64,000 nt of DNA. It comes from an uncultured Actinomycetes bacterium (GTDB lineage Bacteria > Actinomycetota > Acidimicrobiia > IMCC26256 > DASPTH01). A program made the position numbers and the translations under genes. Shown piece after piece: positions 34,622 to 45,372 of the stretch. The notes beneath the pieces were generated by a model, which had not been told where the DNA came from, searched no databases, and worked only from the letters and a program-made list of their open reading frames with translations. The stretch lies in assembly GCA_963835985.1 (NCBI GenBank), contig CAWIHV010000007.1, forward strand, positions 281,975-345,974, read 5' to 3'. Each line of letters opens with the position of its first letter. Positions within the stretch are counted from its first letter, which is position 1.

Positions 34622-36015
34622 TTGATCGAGGAATCGGTACTCCAACGCACGCTCCAGACCGCATTGCGGCACGGTGGCGACTTCGCCGAGGTGTTCGCGG
34701 AAGACCGTCGGAGCGCGTCCGCGCGCCTCGACGATGCCAAGGTCGAGGAGTTCGTCTCCGGTCGCGAGCGCGGTGCCGGGATCCGGGTCGTGCGCGGCGA
34801 CACCACCGGCTTCGCGCACACCGCCGATCTGAGCGACGCGGGGCTCCAGGCGGCAGCCGAGGCGGCGGCCGCTGCGGCTCGCGGGCACCGAGGGCGGCAC
34901 GCACGTCGCCCCGCTCGAGCGCCGGACGGCGCCGCCGACGCACGAGGTGGGTGTCCTGCCCGAATCGGTGGCCAAGGCCCGCAAGGCCGAGGTGCTGGAG
35001 CGCGCCGACCACGCCGCTCGTTCGGTGAGCGACTCGATCCGTCAGGTGAGCGCCACCTACGCCGACTCCCGGCGCCGGGTGTTGATCGCCAACTCCGACG
35101 GGCTGCTGGTCGAGGACGACCGCGTGCGCACGCGCTTCGGCGTCAACTGCGTGGCCGTCGGCGACACCGGGATGCAGACCGGTACCGAGGCGCCCGGGCG
35201 CACGCTCGGCTTCGACCTGTTCGACGAGATCGACCCCGAAGCGGTGGCCCGCACCGCCGCCGAGCGCGCGCTGGTGATGCTCCGAGCGCGGCCCGCACCC
35301 AGCGGCCGCCTGCCGGTCGTCTTGAAGCGCGGCGCGGGCGGCGTGCTCTTCCACGAAGCCTGCGGCCACGGGCTCGAGGCCGATCTCGTCGACAAGGACG
35401 CGTCGGTGTTCCGGGGTCACGTCGGTGAGCTCGTTGCGTCACCGCTCGTCACCCTGGTCGACGACGGCACCTACGCGCGCGAATGGGGGACCTACGCGAT
35501 CGACGACGAAGGCGCGCCCGCGCAGCGCAACGTGCTCATCGAAGACGGCGTCCTCACCGACTACATGTGGGACCTCGTGCGGGCCCGCAAGCACGGGCGT
35601 GCGAGCAGCGGCAACGGGCGGCGCGAGACGTACCAGCACCTGCCGATGGTGCGCATGACCAACACGTTCCTGATGCCGGGCGCCGACGACCCCGACGACA
35701 TCATCCGCGACACCGAGCACGGCCTCTACTGCGTCGCGCTCGGCGGTGGCCAGGTCGACACCGCCACCGGCGACTTCGTCTTCGGCATCACCGAGGCGTA
35801 CATGATCGAGCACGGCGAGATCACCGAGCCCGTGCGCGCGGCGCAGCTCATCGGCAACGGACCGGAGACGCTGCGCCTCGTCGACGCGGTGGGATCCGAC
35901 TTCGACACGTGGGCGGGCACGTGCGGCAAGGACGGTCAGGGCGTGCCCGTGTCGTCCGGGCCAGCCGACCCTGCGGGTGGCCGAGCTCACCGTCGGTGGC
36001 ACCGCCGGTGACTGA
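34622..36015 (+). CDS. tldD: metalloprotease TldD; two frame breaks (about 34880 and about 35960)
   Basis: MIEESVLQRTLQTALRHGGDFAEVFAE..., ...GGVLFHEACGHGLEADL with the HExxxH-type motif, ...GNGRRETYQHLPMVRMTNTF... Confidence 0.85.
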
Positions 36016-37368
36016 CGTCGATCTCCTGGGCGTCGCGCGCCGCGTGGCCGGCGACGCCCGACCCGGCGAGCAGATCGAGGCCTACGCGCTGCGCTCGCGC
36101 GACGTCGACGTGAAGGTGTTCGGGGGCGAGGTCGAGTCGCTGTCCGTCGCGGAGATCGAAGGCGTCGGCGTGCGGGTGATCGTCGACGCCCGCCAGGGAT
36201 ACGCGTGGGCGGGTTCACTCGACGACGACGTCATCGCCGACACGGTCGCGGAGGCACGCGACAACGCCGCGTTCGGTTCGCCCGACGACACCTACGTGCT
36301 CGCGTCTCCGTCCGAGGTCGACGGTGCAACCGCACCGGTGCTCGACCTGTGGCGTGAAGACGTGCTGTCCACGTCGACGACCGACAAGGTCGCGCTCGCG
36401 CTCGACCTCGAAGCTGCAGTGCGCGCCGCGGATCCGCTCGTGCGTGGCGTCGAGTCGGCGTCGTACGGCGACGCCGCGGTCGAGGCCGCGGTCGCGAACT
36501 CACTCGGGGTGGAGGCGTCGACCCGGCGCACCTCCGCGTCGTGTGCTGCGTTCGCGATGGCGGGCGAGGGCACGCTCACGCAGACCGGGAGCGGTTTCTC
36601 GGCGGCGCGCAGCTTCGCCGAGGTCGATCCGCACGAGGCGGCGCGCGACGCGGCCGAGCGCGCGGTGCGACTGCTCGGCGCCGCGCCGATCCCGTCGGGG
36701 CGTCTGCCGGTCGTGCTCGATCCTCTGGTGACGCGCTCGCTGCTCGCGCTGATCGGAGGTGCGCTGTCGGGTGAGGCGATCGTCAAGGGCCGTTCCCTGT
36801 TCGTGGGGCGCGAAGGCGAAGCGGTGGCCGGCCCGGGGATCACGCTGGTCGACGACCCCACGCTTCCGGAGGCATTCGGCGCCGCGACGCACGACGCCGA
36901 GGGCGTACCCACGCGACGAGTCGAGCTCATCGCCGGCGGACGGTTCGACGCGGTGCTGCACAACGTGCACACCGCGAAGCGCGCCGGCGCGGCACGACGA
37001 CGGGTTCCGCGGTGCGCGGCGGGTTCAAGTCACCTCCGGGCGTCGGGGCGCGGGCGCTGCACCTGGTTCCGGGCGCCATCGGTCCCGAGGAGATCCTGGC
37101 GTCGGTCGACCACGGGCTCTACGTGCAGTCGGTGAGCGGCCTCCATTCCGGAACCAACCCGGTGAGCGGCGACTTCTCGGTCGGTGCGGTGGGCCTCGTG
37201 ATCCGCGACGGCGCGTTCGCGGAACCCGTGCGCGAGGTCACCATCGCGTCCACGCTGCAGCGCATCCTCCACGACATCACCGTCGTCGGCGCCGATCTCA
37301 CCTGGCTCCCCGGCGGCGCCGCCGGCATGACCCTCCTGATCGGCGACATGTCCGTCAGCGGCGCCTGA
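36008..37368 (+). CDS. pmbA: TldE/PmbA metalloprotease partner; one frame break near 36990
   Basis: The GTG at 36008 overlaps the tldD stop by 8 nt. ...IEAYALRSRDVDVKVFGGEVESLSVAEIEGVGVRVI... and the tail ...GLHSGTNPVSGDFSVGAVGLVIRDG.... Confidence 0.85.
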
Positions 37369-37392
37369 CCCGTCACGGAGCGGGAGGGGTCG

Positions 37393-38226
37393 TCAGCGGA
37401 TGCCGGTGGCGAAGATGATGATGACGGCGACCCCGAGCACGATGCGGTAGATCACGAACGGCAGGAACGAGTGCGTGCGCACGTAGCGCAGCAGCAACGC
37501 GATGGCGAGGAAGCCGCTCACCATCGAGGCGACGATCCCCCAGAAGAAGGCACCTCCGAACCCGGCAGGGATGCCGCCGTCGCGGAACATCTCGGCGCCC
37601 TTGTAGAGCGCCGCGCCGCCGGTGATCGGGATGCTCATGAGGAACGAGAGCTTCGCCGCCGACGCGCGGTCGAAGCGCAGCCAGCGTCCCATCGAGATCG
37701 TCGCGCCCGAGCGCGAGACGCCCGGCGCGAGCGCAAGCGCCTGCGCGGCACCCATCAGCCACGCGTCGCGCCGGTGGAACTCCTCGGTGGGTCGCGCGCC
37801 GGCGAGACCGTCGGCCCACTGCAGCACCAGCGCGAACAGGATCAGGTTGATCCCGATGAGGATCGGGTCGCCGAGGTTGTCCTCGATCACGCTGGTGAAG
37901 AGGGCGCCGATGATCGCACCGGGGATCGCGGTGAGCAGCAGCAACCACGCGAGCCGTTCGTCGGTCGTCGTGATCGAGCGCGTGCGCAGCGAATGCCAGG
38001 CTGCCACCACGTACGACCACACTTCGTGGCGGAAGTACGCGAGCACCGCGATGAGCGTGCCGACGTGCAGCGCGACGTCGAACGTCTTGTTGAGCGAGTC
38101 GTTCGACGTGAGCTCGGTCCACCCGAAGAGCTCGGGCACGATGATCAGGTGCCCGCTCGACGAGATGGGCAGGAACTCCGAGAGCCCCTGGACGATCCCG
38201 AGGATGATCGCGTGCAGCACCGACAA
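37393..38226 (-). CDS. uppP: undecaprenyl-diphosphate phosphatase
   Basis: ...LSVLHAIILGIVQGLSEFLPISSSGHLII...PGVSRSGATISMG.... The start is inferred at TTG 38226 or GTG 38220. Confidence 0.9.
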   Translation of the reverse strand: MSVLHAIILGIVQGLSEFLPISSSGHLIIVPELFGWTELTSNDSLNKTFDVALHVGTLIAVLAYFRHEVWSYVVAAWHSLRTRSITTTDERLAWLLLLTAIPGAIIGALFTSVIEDNLGDPILIGINLILFALVLQWADGLAGARPTEEFHRRDAWLMGAAQALALAPGVSRSGATISMGRWLRFDRASAAKLSFLMSIPITGGAALYKGAEMFRDGGIPAGFGGAFFWGIVASMVSGFLAIALLLRYVRTHSFLPFVIYRIVLGVAVIIIFATGIR

Positions 38227-38236
38227 GGCGCCGATG

Positions 38237-38899
38237 CTACGGGTGCGAGGCGTCCTCGGGCGGCACCAGGGCGACGGTGACGACACCGTTCGCCTGGGCG
38301 TCGGCCAGCGCGGCGGCCTGGTCGGGATCGACGAGCAGCGTGACGCCAGCGGCGCCCGTGCGGCCCGCGCCCGCGCCACCGCGACGGTCGGTGCCGAGCA
38401 CGGTCACGCCCGCGGCGATCGACGATCGTGCCGCCGTCCTCGCCCGACGTCGACGGGTCGTAGGTCGCGAGCACGTCGACCGCGGCGCCGGCGCGCGGTG
38501 TGAGCGCGTCGGTGACCACCACCCGCATGGCCCGCATCCCTGGAGGGACGACGCCGTCGAGCCCGGTGCGCCGCCGCGGCGCCACGCTGCGTCGCACCAG
38601 ATAGGAGCCGCCGCAGCACGGGCACCGCCACGACCCGACCGACGACCGCGCTCGCGATCGGTGACGACGCCGGCCGGGAGCTGCGAGCGGTGCACCGAGC
38701 GGGTCGACAGGTCGCCGGCGGCCAGCCTCCGTCCGACCGCGAGGTCGCGGGTGGCGACGACGGCGTCGACTTCGGGGCCGAGATCCGCGGCCCGTCGGTG
38801 GAGCGCGGCGAGGTCGCCGGCGACGACCGCGGCGGTCACCACTGCGACCACGGCCGCGGCGCCCCAGAGCGCGAGCGCGCGGGGAGAGCGTCGGGACAT
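38237..38899 (-). CDS. SAF-domain (CpaB-like) membrane-anchored protein; about 3 frame breaks
   Basis: ATG 38899 MSRRSPRALALWGAAAVVAVVTAAVVAGDL is a TM anchor. ...AVVATRDLAVGRRLAAGDLSTRSVHRSQLPAGVV is SAF-like. The C-terminus reads ...GVTLLVDPDQAAALADAQANGVVTVALVPPED. Confidence 0.55.
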   Translation of the reverse strand: MSRRSPRALALWGAAAVVAVVTAAVVAGDLAALHRRAADLGPEVDAVVATRDLAVGRRLAAGDLSTRSVHRSQLPAGVVTDRERGRRSGRGGARAAAAPIWCDAAWRRGGAPGSTASSLQGCGPCGWWSPTRSHRAPAPRSTCSRPTTRRRRARTAARSSIAAGVTVLGTDRRGGAGAGRTGAAGVTLLVDPDQAAALADAQANGVVTVALVPPEDASHP

Positions 38900-38996
38900 G
38901 ACGGGTCCTTCCCGGGATCGTCCACCACGGCGACGCCGCGGGACGGGGTTCAGGGGAAGGCGGGGGAGAAGGGGCGGGCGGAGAGCTGGACGGAGA

Positions 38997-39365
38997 CTAC
39001 GACGACTTGGCGCCGGACGTCGACGACTCCGACTTCTTGGCCGACGACGAGGAGCCGTTGTCGGACTTCTTGCCGTTGTCGGACTTCGTGCTCTCTGAGC
39101 TGCCGACGGTCGAGGCGTCGGACTTCGACTCCGTCTTCGAGCCCGAGTCGACCTTGGTGGCGTCGGCGCCCTTGGACTTCTTGCCCCCGCTGCGGCTGTC
39201 GTTCTTGTAGAAGCCCGACCCCTTGAGCACGATGCCCACCGGCTGGAACACCTTGGCGACCTTGCCGCCACAGCCCGGGTGCTTCTTGAGCGGGTCGTCG
39301 GAGAACGACTGGTAGAGCTCGAACTCGTCACCGCACTTCGAGCACTCGTAGACGTAGGTGGGCAT
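38997..39365 (-). CDS. FmdB-family zinc-ribbon protein with a Ser/Lys-rich disordered tail (Ruc-like)
   Basis: Intact. MPTYVYECSKCGDEFELYQSFSDDPLKKHPGCGGKVAKVFQPVGIVLKGSGFYKNDSR followed by about 65 aa of S/K/G/D-rich sequence. Confidence 0.8.
   Translation of the reverse strand: MPTYVYECSKCGDEFELYQSFSDDPLKKHPGCGGKVAKVFQPVGIVLKGSGFYKNDSRSGGKKSKGADATKVDSGSKTESKSDASTVGSSESTKSDNGKKSDNGSSSSAKKSESSTSGAKSS
39057..39092. repeat. 2 x 18-nt tandem repeat in the zinc-ribbon gene tail (encodes KKSDNG-KKSDNG)
   Basis: gttgtcggacttcttgcc / gttgtcggacttcgtgct read directly. Confidence 0.8.
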
Positions 39366-39398
39366 CGAAACCTCTCGGGATTTCCGTCGGAACACGAG

Positions 39399-39425
39399 TT
39401 AGCACTCGTACGACGCGACTGCTAA
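39399..39425. promoter_or_regulatory. CIRCE-like HrcA operator (one mismatch) upstream of the zinc-ribbon gene
   Basis: TTAGCACTC-gtacgacgc-GACTGCTAA, located 34 nt upstream of the ATG at 39365 in the divergent intergenic region shared with plsY. Confidence 0.6.
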
Positions 39426-39496
39426 CTCTACCGCACGTGCGTTCATTCCGTGACGGAATGCGGGCCCACCCCGGTTGGCACTTGAATGGACGGGCG

Positions 39497-40138
39497 ATGA
39501 ACACCGGCGTCGAGGTGGCACTCCTGGTGCCCGTGGCCTACCTGCTCGGGACCTTCCCGAGCGCCACGCTCGTCGCGCGCCGCCGGGGTGTCGACGTCAC
39601 CGCCGAGGGCTCCGGCAACCCCGGGGCGTCGAACACGTTCCGCCTCCTGGGCTGGAAGGCCGGCGCCCTGGTCTTCGCCATGGACGTCCTGAAGGGCGCT
39701 CTCGCGGCCCTCGCCGGGCTCGCCGTCGACGGCCATCGCGGCGCCTACGTCCTCGGCGTCGCCGCCGTGCTCGGGCACGTGCTCCCGGTGACCCGGAAGT
39801 TCAAGGGCGGGCGCGGCGTCGCCACCGGCGCGGGCGTGATGCTCGTGATCTTCCCCGTGCTCACCCTGGTGATGGTCGCGTTGTGGGTGGTGCTCGCGCG
39901 CGTCACGCACAAGGCTTCGGTCGCGTCGATCACGACCGCGATCGTGTTCCCGATCGCGGTCGCGCTCGCTGGTCACGAAGCCGGCGACATCATCGTGATC
40001 GCGGTGATGGCCGGGCTCGTCGTCGCCCGCCACCTGTCGAACCTGCGTCGGCTCGTGAAGGGCGAGGAGCTCGGTCTCGATCCCGGCACCGAACGCGACG
40101 AACCGCCCGACGTCGGCGACGAGCGCGCTGCGAGTTGA
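39497..40138 (+). CDS. plsY: acyl-phosphate:glycerol-3-phosphate acyltransferase
   Basis: Intact. ...YLLGTFPSATLVARRRGVDVTAEGSGNPGASN...GHVLPVTRKFKGGRGVATGAG. Confidence 0.9.
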   Translation: MNTGVEVALLVPVAYLLGTFPSATLVARRRGVDVTAEGSGNPGASNTFRLLGWKAGALVFAMDVLKGALAALAGLAVDGHRGAYVLGVAAVLGHVLPVTRKFKGGRGVATGAGVMLVIFPVLTLVMVALWVVLARVTHKASVASITTAIVFPIAVALAGHEAGDIIVIAVMAGLVVARHLSNLRRLVKGEELGLDPGTERDEPPDVGDERAAS

Positions 40139-40242
40139 CGGGTAGCGTCGAGCGCATGGACATGGAGCGGAGGCGTGGCCGGATGGCCGGGACGCCGAAG
40201 CGGAATGGACCTTGGTGATGGGCGGCGAGGTGCAAGCAGACG

Positions 40243-41124
40243 GTGAAGAAGGCGGTCATCCCCGCGGCCGGTCTCGGCACGCGGTTCCTCCCGGCGACGA
40301 AGAGTCAGCCGAAGGAGATGCTGCCGGTCGTCGACAAGCCGTCGATCCAGTACGTCGTCGAGGAGGCCGTGGCCGCCGGTCTCACCGACATCCTCATCAT
40401 CACCGGTCGCGGCAAGCGCGCCATCGAGGACCACTTCGATCGCAACTTCGAGCTGGAGCACTCGCTCGAGCAGTCGGCCAAGCACGACCTGCTCGCCGAG
40501 GTGCAGGACGTCAACGAGCTCGCCGACATCCACTACATCCGCCAGCGCGATCCGCTCGGCCTCGGTCACGCGGTGAGCGTGGCCCGCGAGCACGTGGGGA
40601 CGAGCCGTTCGCGGTGATCCTGGGCGACGACATCATGGTCGACGACGGTGAGCTCCTGCGCTCGATGATCGCGGTGCACGAGCGCGAGCACGCGTCGTGC
40701 CTCGCGCTGCTCGAGGTGAAGCCGCGAGGAGATCTCGGCGTACGGCTGCGCGGAGAGCGACGATCTCGGCGACGGGCTCCGACGAGTCCGCGACGTGGTG
40801 GAGAAGCCGCGGGCCGAGGACGCGAAGTCGAACCTCGCGGTGATCGGCCGTTACGTGTTCACGCCCGGGATCTTCGACGCGCTCGAGCGCATCACCCCAG
40901 GCGTGGGCGGCGAGCTGCAGCTCACCGACGCGATCGAGTTGCTGATCCAGTCGGAGGCGGTGTTCGGGCGCGTGTTCACGCACGGTCGCTACGACATCGG
41001 CCAGAAGCTCGACTTCCTGCGGGCCAACATCGAGATCGCGCTCGACCGTCCCGATCTCGGGCCTGAGCTCGCCGACTACCTGCGCGCGCTCGTGCGCGAC
41101 CGGTTGTCGTACCGACCACGATGA
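40243..41124 (+). CDS. galU: UTP--glucose-1-phosphate uridylyltransferase; two frame breaks (about 40598 and about 40725)
   Basis: [42 protein letters not shown]...; ...[10 protein letters not shown]...; ...[26 protein letters not shown].... Confidence 0.9.
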
Positions 41125-41134
41125 CGGCGCAGGC

Positions 41135-42378
41135 ATGATCCCGCTCGCCGAGGTCCAGGCGGCGATCTTCGCCGCAGTGCGCAGGCTCGAGCCGGTCGAG
41201 GTCGATCTGCGCGAAGCCCGCGGCCTCGTGCTCGCGGAGCAGGTGACCGCGCCCGAGGCGGTGCCGCCGTTCCCGAACACCGCGATGGACGGCTACGCGG
41301 TGCGCGCCGCCGACACCGCCGGCGCGGCCGAAGGAGCGCCGGTGCGGTTGCGGGTCGTCGGTGAGCTCGCGGCTGGGCATGCCCCCACGGTCGCGGTCGG
41401 CGACGGCGAAGCGATCCGCATCATGACCGGCGCCCCCATGCCCGACGGGGCCGACGCCATCGTGATGGTCGAGCGCACCGAACGCGACGCCAACGGCGAA
41501 GACGGTGACGGCGTGCTCGTCACGCTCGACGGTCGATCCCGGGCTCCACGTGCGGCGCGCCGGTGGCGACCTCGAAGCGGGCGACGTGGTGTTCGAGCCG
41601 GGCACTGTGCTCACGGCCGCGCGCATCGGCGTGCTCGCGACCGTCGGCGCGCCGCCGTGTGCGCGCGCATCCGCGCGTGCGCGTCGGCGTGCTCTCGACG
41701 GGCGACGAGCTGGTGGAGAACGGTCCGCTCGAGCCCGGCAAGATCCGCGACTCCAATCGGCCCATGCTGCTCGCGCAGCTCGCCGACGCGGGTGCCGAGC
41801 CCCTCGATCTGGGCACCGCGCACGACGACGCCGATGTCATGACGCGCACGCTCGCCGACGCGGTCGCGCAGTGCGACGCGGTCATCACGAGCGGGGGAGT
41901 GTCGGTCGGCGACTTCGACTACGTGAGCGACGCACTCGAACGCATCGCCGGCGACGACACGTCGGGCGCGTCACGGGTCGACTGGTACCAGGTGGCGATC
42001 AAGCCGGCGAAGCCGCTGTGCATCGGCATGCTGCAGGGCACGCCGGTGTTCGGCCTGCCCGGCAACCCGGTGTCGTCGTTCGTCAGCTTCGAGCTCTTCG
42101 CCCGCCCCGCGCTCCGGATGATGATGGGTCACGACCGCCCGTTCCGTCGCGAGGTCACCGCCACCGCGGCGGCCCCGTTCCGCCGTCGCGTCGACGGCAA
42201 GCTCCATCTCGATCGCGTCGTCGTCGACGTCGTCGACGGTGCCTACGTCGCCACCGGGGTGCGATCGCAGGAGAGCAACGCGCTCGCGGCCAGCGCGGCG
42301 GCCAACGCACTCGCGTTGCTGCCCGACGGCGAGGGCGTCGACGCCGGCGACCCCGTCACCGTCATGCTCCTGGACTGA
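41135..42378 (+). CDS. moeA: MoeA-family molybdopterin molybdenumtransferase (gephyrin-like); two frame breaks (about 41530 and about 41655)
   Basis: ...VPPFPNTAMDGYAVRAAD...IRIMTGAPMPDGADAIVMVE...; ...GVLSTGDELV...IRDSNRPML...SGGVSVGDFDYV...GLPGNPVSSFVSFELF. Confidence 0.85.
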
Positions 42379-42430
42379 CTTTATCGCCTGGAGGGACGGA
42401 GCGAACGGGAGTGAGCGACGGGGGAGAAGA

Positions 42431-42463
42431 GAGCGCCCGGAGGCATTTCGCCTCCGGGCGCTC
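42431..42463. terminator. perfect 14-bp hairpin between convergent moeA and the small secreted-protein gene
   Basis: GAGCGCCCGGAGGC-atttc-GCCTCCGGGCGCTC. Confidence 0.6.
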
Positions 42464-42529
42464 GTCTCCCAGCCCGCCCCAGGCGAGCCGCGCCGCCCCC
42501 ACGTGCGCGCGGCTCGCCGGACCGGACGA

Positions 42530-42790
42530 TCAGCCCGTCTGCACGCAGCCCCCGGGGAGGTCAGGGTGCTCGCCCGCGGGAATCCGCGTCACGTACGCCG
42601 ACGACATCTGGACGTCGCCGTTCGTGACGGTCCCGCTGCTGCACTCCACGACCGCGGTGCTGGACGGTGCCTCGTCGGCCGAAGCCGATGCCGCCTGGAT
42701 GCCGCCGCTCGACAGGCCGAGCGCTGCGGCGCCGAGCGCCACGGAACCGACCAGGAGTCGCCAACGCTGGTCCACGGATCTTGTGCTCAC
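42530..42790 (-). CDS. small secreted protein (86 aa, 2 Cys), unknown function
   Basis: GTG 42790 VSTRSVDQRWRLLVGSVALGAAALGLSSGGIQAASA is a signal peptide. The mature part reads DEAPSSTAVVECSSGTVTNGDVQMSSAYVTRIPAGEHPDLPGGCVQTG*. Third-position GC is high in this frame. Confidence 0.5.
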   Translation of the reverse strand: MSTRSVDQRWRLLVGSVALGAAALGLSSGGIQAASASADEAPSSTAVVECSSGTVTNGDVQMSSAYVTRIPAGEHPDLPGGCVQTG

Positions 42791-42825
42791 GAATCGCCAT
42801 CTCGATGTCCCTTCCGGGAACAAGC

Positions 42826-42866
42826 AACCGGCCCCCCCGACACGTTCGCCGGAAGTGGGGCCGGTT
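42826..42866 (-). promoter_or_regulatory. strong hairpin in the leader of the small secreted-protein gene (attenuator/terminator candidate)
   Basis: On the minus strand: AACCGGCCCC-(21 nt)-GGGGCCGGUU followed by GCUUGUUCCC. The upstream segment GGGGAGCC could alternatively pair with the same GGCCCC. Confidence 0.35.
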
Positions 42867-43059
42867 TCGCTCTGGCTCCCCGCAGACTCAAGCGACCAAT
42901 TCGGCGCCTGCGGATCGATGCCTCCCCGTAGAGATGGATGGCTCGGTATTGCCTGGATCCCTGTGCTTGTGGTGTCTCCTCGGTGGCTCCCAGCCCCGCT
43001 ACAAGCAGTGGCAATAAAACCACACAGAGTGGTATCCGTCAACTCGGCCCGGACTGAAT

Positions 43060-44124
<1,065 letters not shown>

Positions 44125-44165
44125 CCAGGCTTTTCGGCCTTCCCTTCCATCTAGACTCTGCGGGC

Positions 44166-44669
44166 ATGTCGGCCTCGGAGTTCACGCACCTCGACCCGCT
44201 GGGCCGTGCCCGCATGGTCGACGTCACCGCCAAGGACGTCACCCACCGCCGGGCCGTCGCCCGGTGCCGGGTGCTCATGGAGGCCGACACCGCGGCGAAG
44301 ATCGCCTCCGGCGCCATCACCAAGGGCGACGTGCTGGCGGTGGCCCGGGTGGCGGGCATCCAGGCCGCCAAGCAGACCCCGAACCTGTTGCCGCTCTGCC
44401 ACCCACTCCTCGTGGGCTCGGTCTACGTGAACTTCCGGATCGAGAACGCGCACGTCGAGGTGGAGGTCCAGGTCGACACCGTCGACCGCACCGGGGTGGA
44501 GATGGAGGCGCTCACCGCCTGTTCCGTCGCCGCCCTCACCATCTACGACATGTGCAAGTCGGTCGACCGGAGCATGACCATCAGCGACGTCGCCCTGTGG
44601 GAGAAGACCGGCGGGCGCTCGGGCACCTACCGCCGGCCCGGCGCCGACCTCGACGACCTCGATCTCTGA
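44166..44669 (+). CDS. moaC: cyclic pyranopterin monophosphate synthase
   Basis: Intact. MSASEFTHLDPLGRARMVDVTAKDVTHRRAVA...AGIQAAKQTPNLLPLCHPL...TGVEMEALTA...IYDMCK. Confidence 0.9.
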   Translation: MSASEFTHLDPLGRARMVDVTAKDVTHRRAVARCRVLMEADTAAKIASGAITKGDVLAVARVAGIQAAKQTPNLLPLCHPLLVGSVYVNFRIENAHVEVEVQVDTVDRTGVEMEALTACSVAALTIYDMCKSVDRSMTISDVALWEKTGGRSGTYRRPGADLDDLDL

Positions 44670-44814
44670 TCAGCGGGTCGCCTCGACGGCCGCGGGACCA
44701 CCCCGCTAGGGTGGCCAAGGCCGCGAAGCGGGCGGTCGAAGTGGCTGGGTCCACAACACCCGGGAAACAGCCAGTTACATTCGTTGTACGGGCGGCACAA
44801 CGGGGGCGTTTGCC

Positions 44815-45369
44815 TTGACGATTGCGGTCATCCTGGTTCTCGGAATCCTGTGGGTCGCGGTGCTCGTGCCGCCGATCCTCCGGGCACGCGGCGCGCAGAG
44901 CCGCACCGACTCCGTCGGTGACTTCCACCACAAGCTGCGTTCGCTGGGTCAGGCCAACGGCCATCGCATGCGGCCGCGCCGCACCAGCGCGTCGAGCGCG
45001 ATCTTCGTGCCGATGAGCACCGGTCCTGGGGGCATGAGCGCGCAGCAGAAGCGTCGGCGCGACGTGCTGTTCGTGCTGCTCGGCCTGGTGGCGTTCACGT
45101 TCTTCCTCGCGGTCCTCACCCGCTCCATGGCGTTCATCGCGCTCCAGCTGGTCGCCGACGTTGCCCTCGCTGGCTACGTCTACCTGTTGCTGCAGTACAA
45201 GCAGCGCGCGCAGGAGTCGCGTTCGAAGGTGCGCTACCTCGGTGCGGGGTACCGCGCGCCGGCGCCGTACATGAACGGCCGGTACGGCTCGGCCTCGAGC
45301 GACGCGAGCGCGCCCTCGGCTCGTGCCGCTCCGACAGACTGCGTCGAACTGAGCACCGCGGCGGTGTGA
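44815..45369 (+). CDS. membrane protein, GlpR/SepX-like candidate
   Basis: Intact, TTG start. The N-terminal TM helix begins at residue 2 (TIAVILVLGILWVAVLVPPILRAR). A basic linker follows, then a second TM pair (VLFVLLGLVAFTFFLAVL...FIALQLVADVALAGYVYLLL) and a low-complexity tail. Confidence 0.45.
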   Translation: MTIAVILVLGILWVAVLVPPILRARGAQSRTDSVGDFHHKLRSLGQANGHRMRPRRTSASSAIFVPMSTGPGGMSAQQKRRRDVLFVLLGLVAFTFFLAVLTRSMAFIALQLVADVALAGYVYLLLQYKQRAQESRSKVRYLGAGYRAPAPYMNGRYGSASSDASAPSARAAPTDCVELSTAAV

Positions 45370-45372
45370 CCC

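Noticed and set aside
42936-43017. A 27-codon uORF (MDGSVLPGSLCLWCLLGGSQPRYKQWQ) upstream of moaA, considered as a leader peptide.
   Set aside because: It has no ribosome-binding site I can defend. Its composition is unremarkable for a regulatory leader peptide, with no runs of a single amino acid. It may be chance in a 269-nt spacer. It is mentioned only inside the leader finding.
42791-43059. A definite call of a Moco riboswitch (for moaA) or a ydaO/c-di-AMP riboswitch (for the small secreted protein).
   Set aside because: I found only short resemblances: GCCUCCCCGUAGAGAUGGAUGG on the plus strand, and CCGAGCC, GCGGGGAGCCA and CCGAAUU on the minus strand. I could not lay out the full conserved cores of either family by eye, for example the ACAGCUAACC-type segment of ydaO. 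I kept it only as an unclassified structured-leader candidate.
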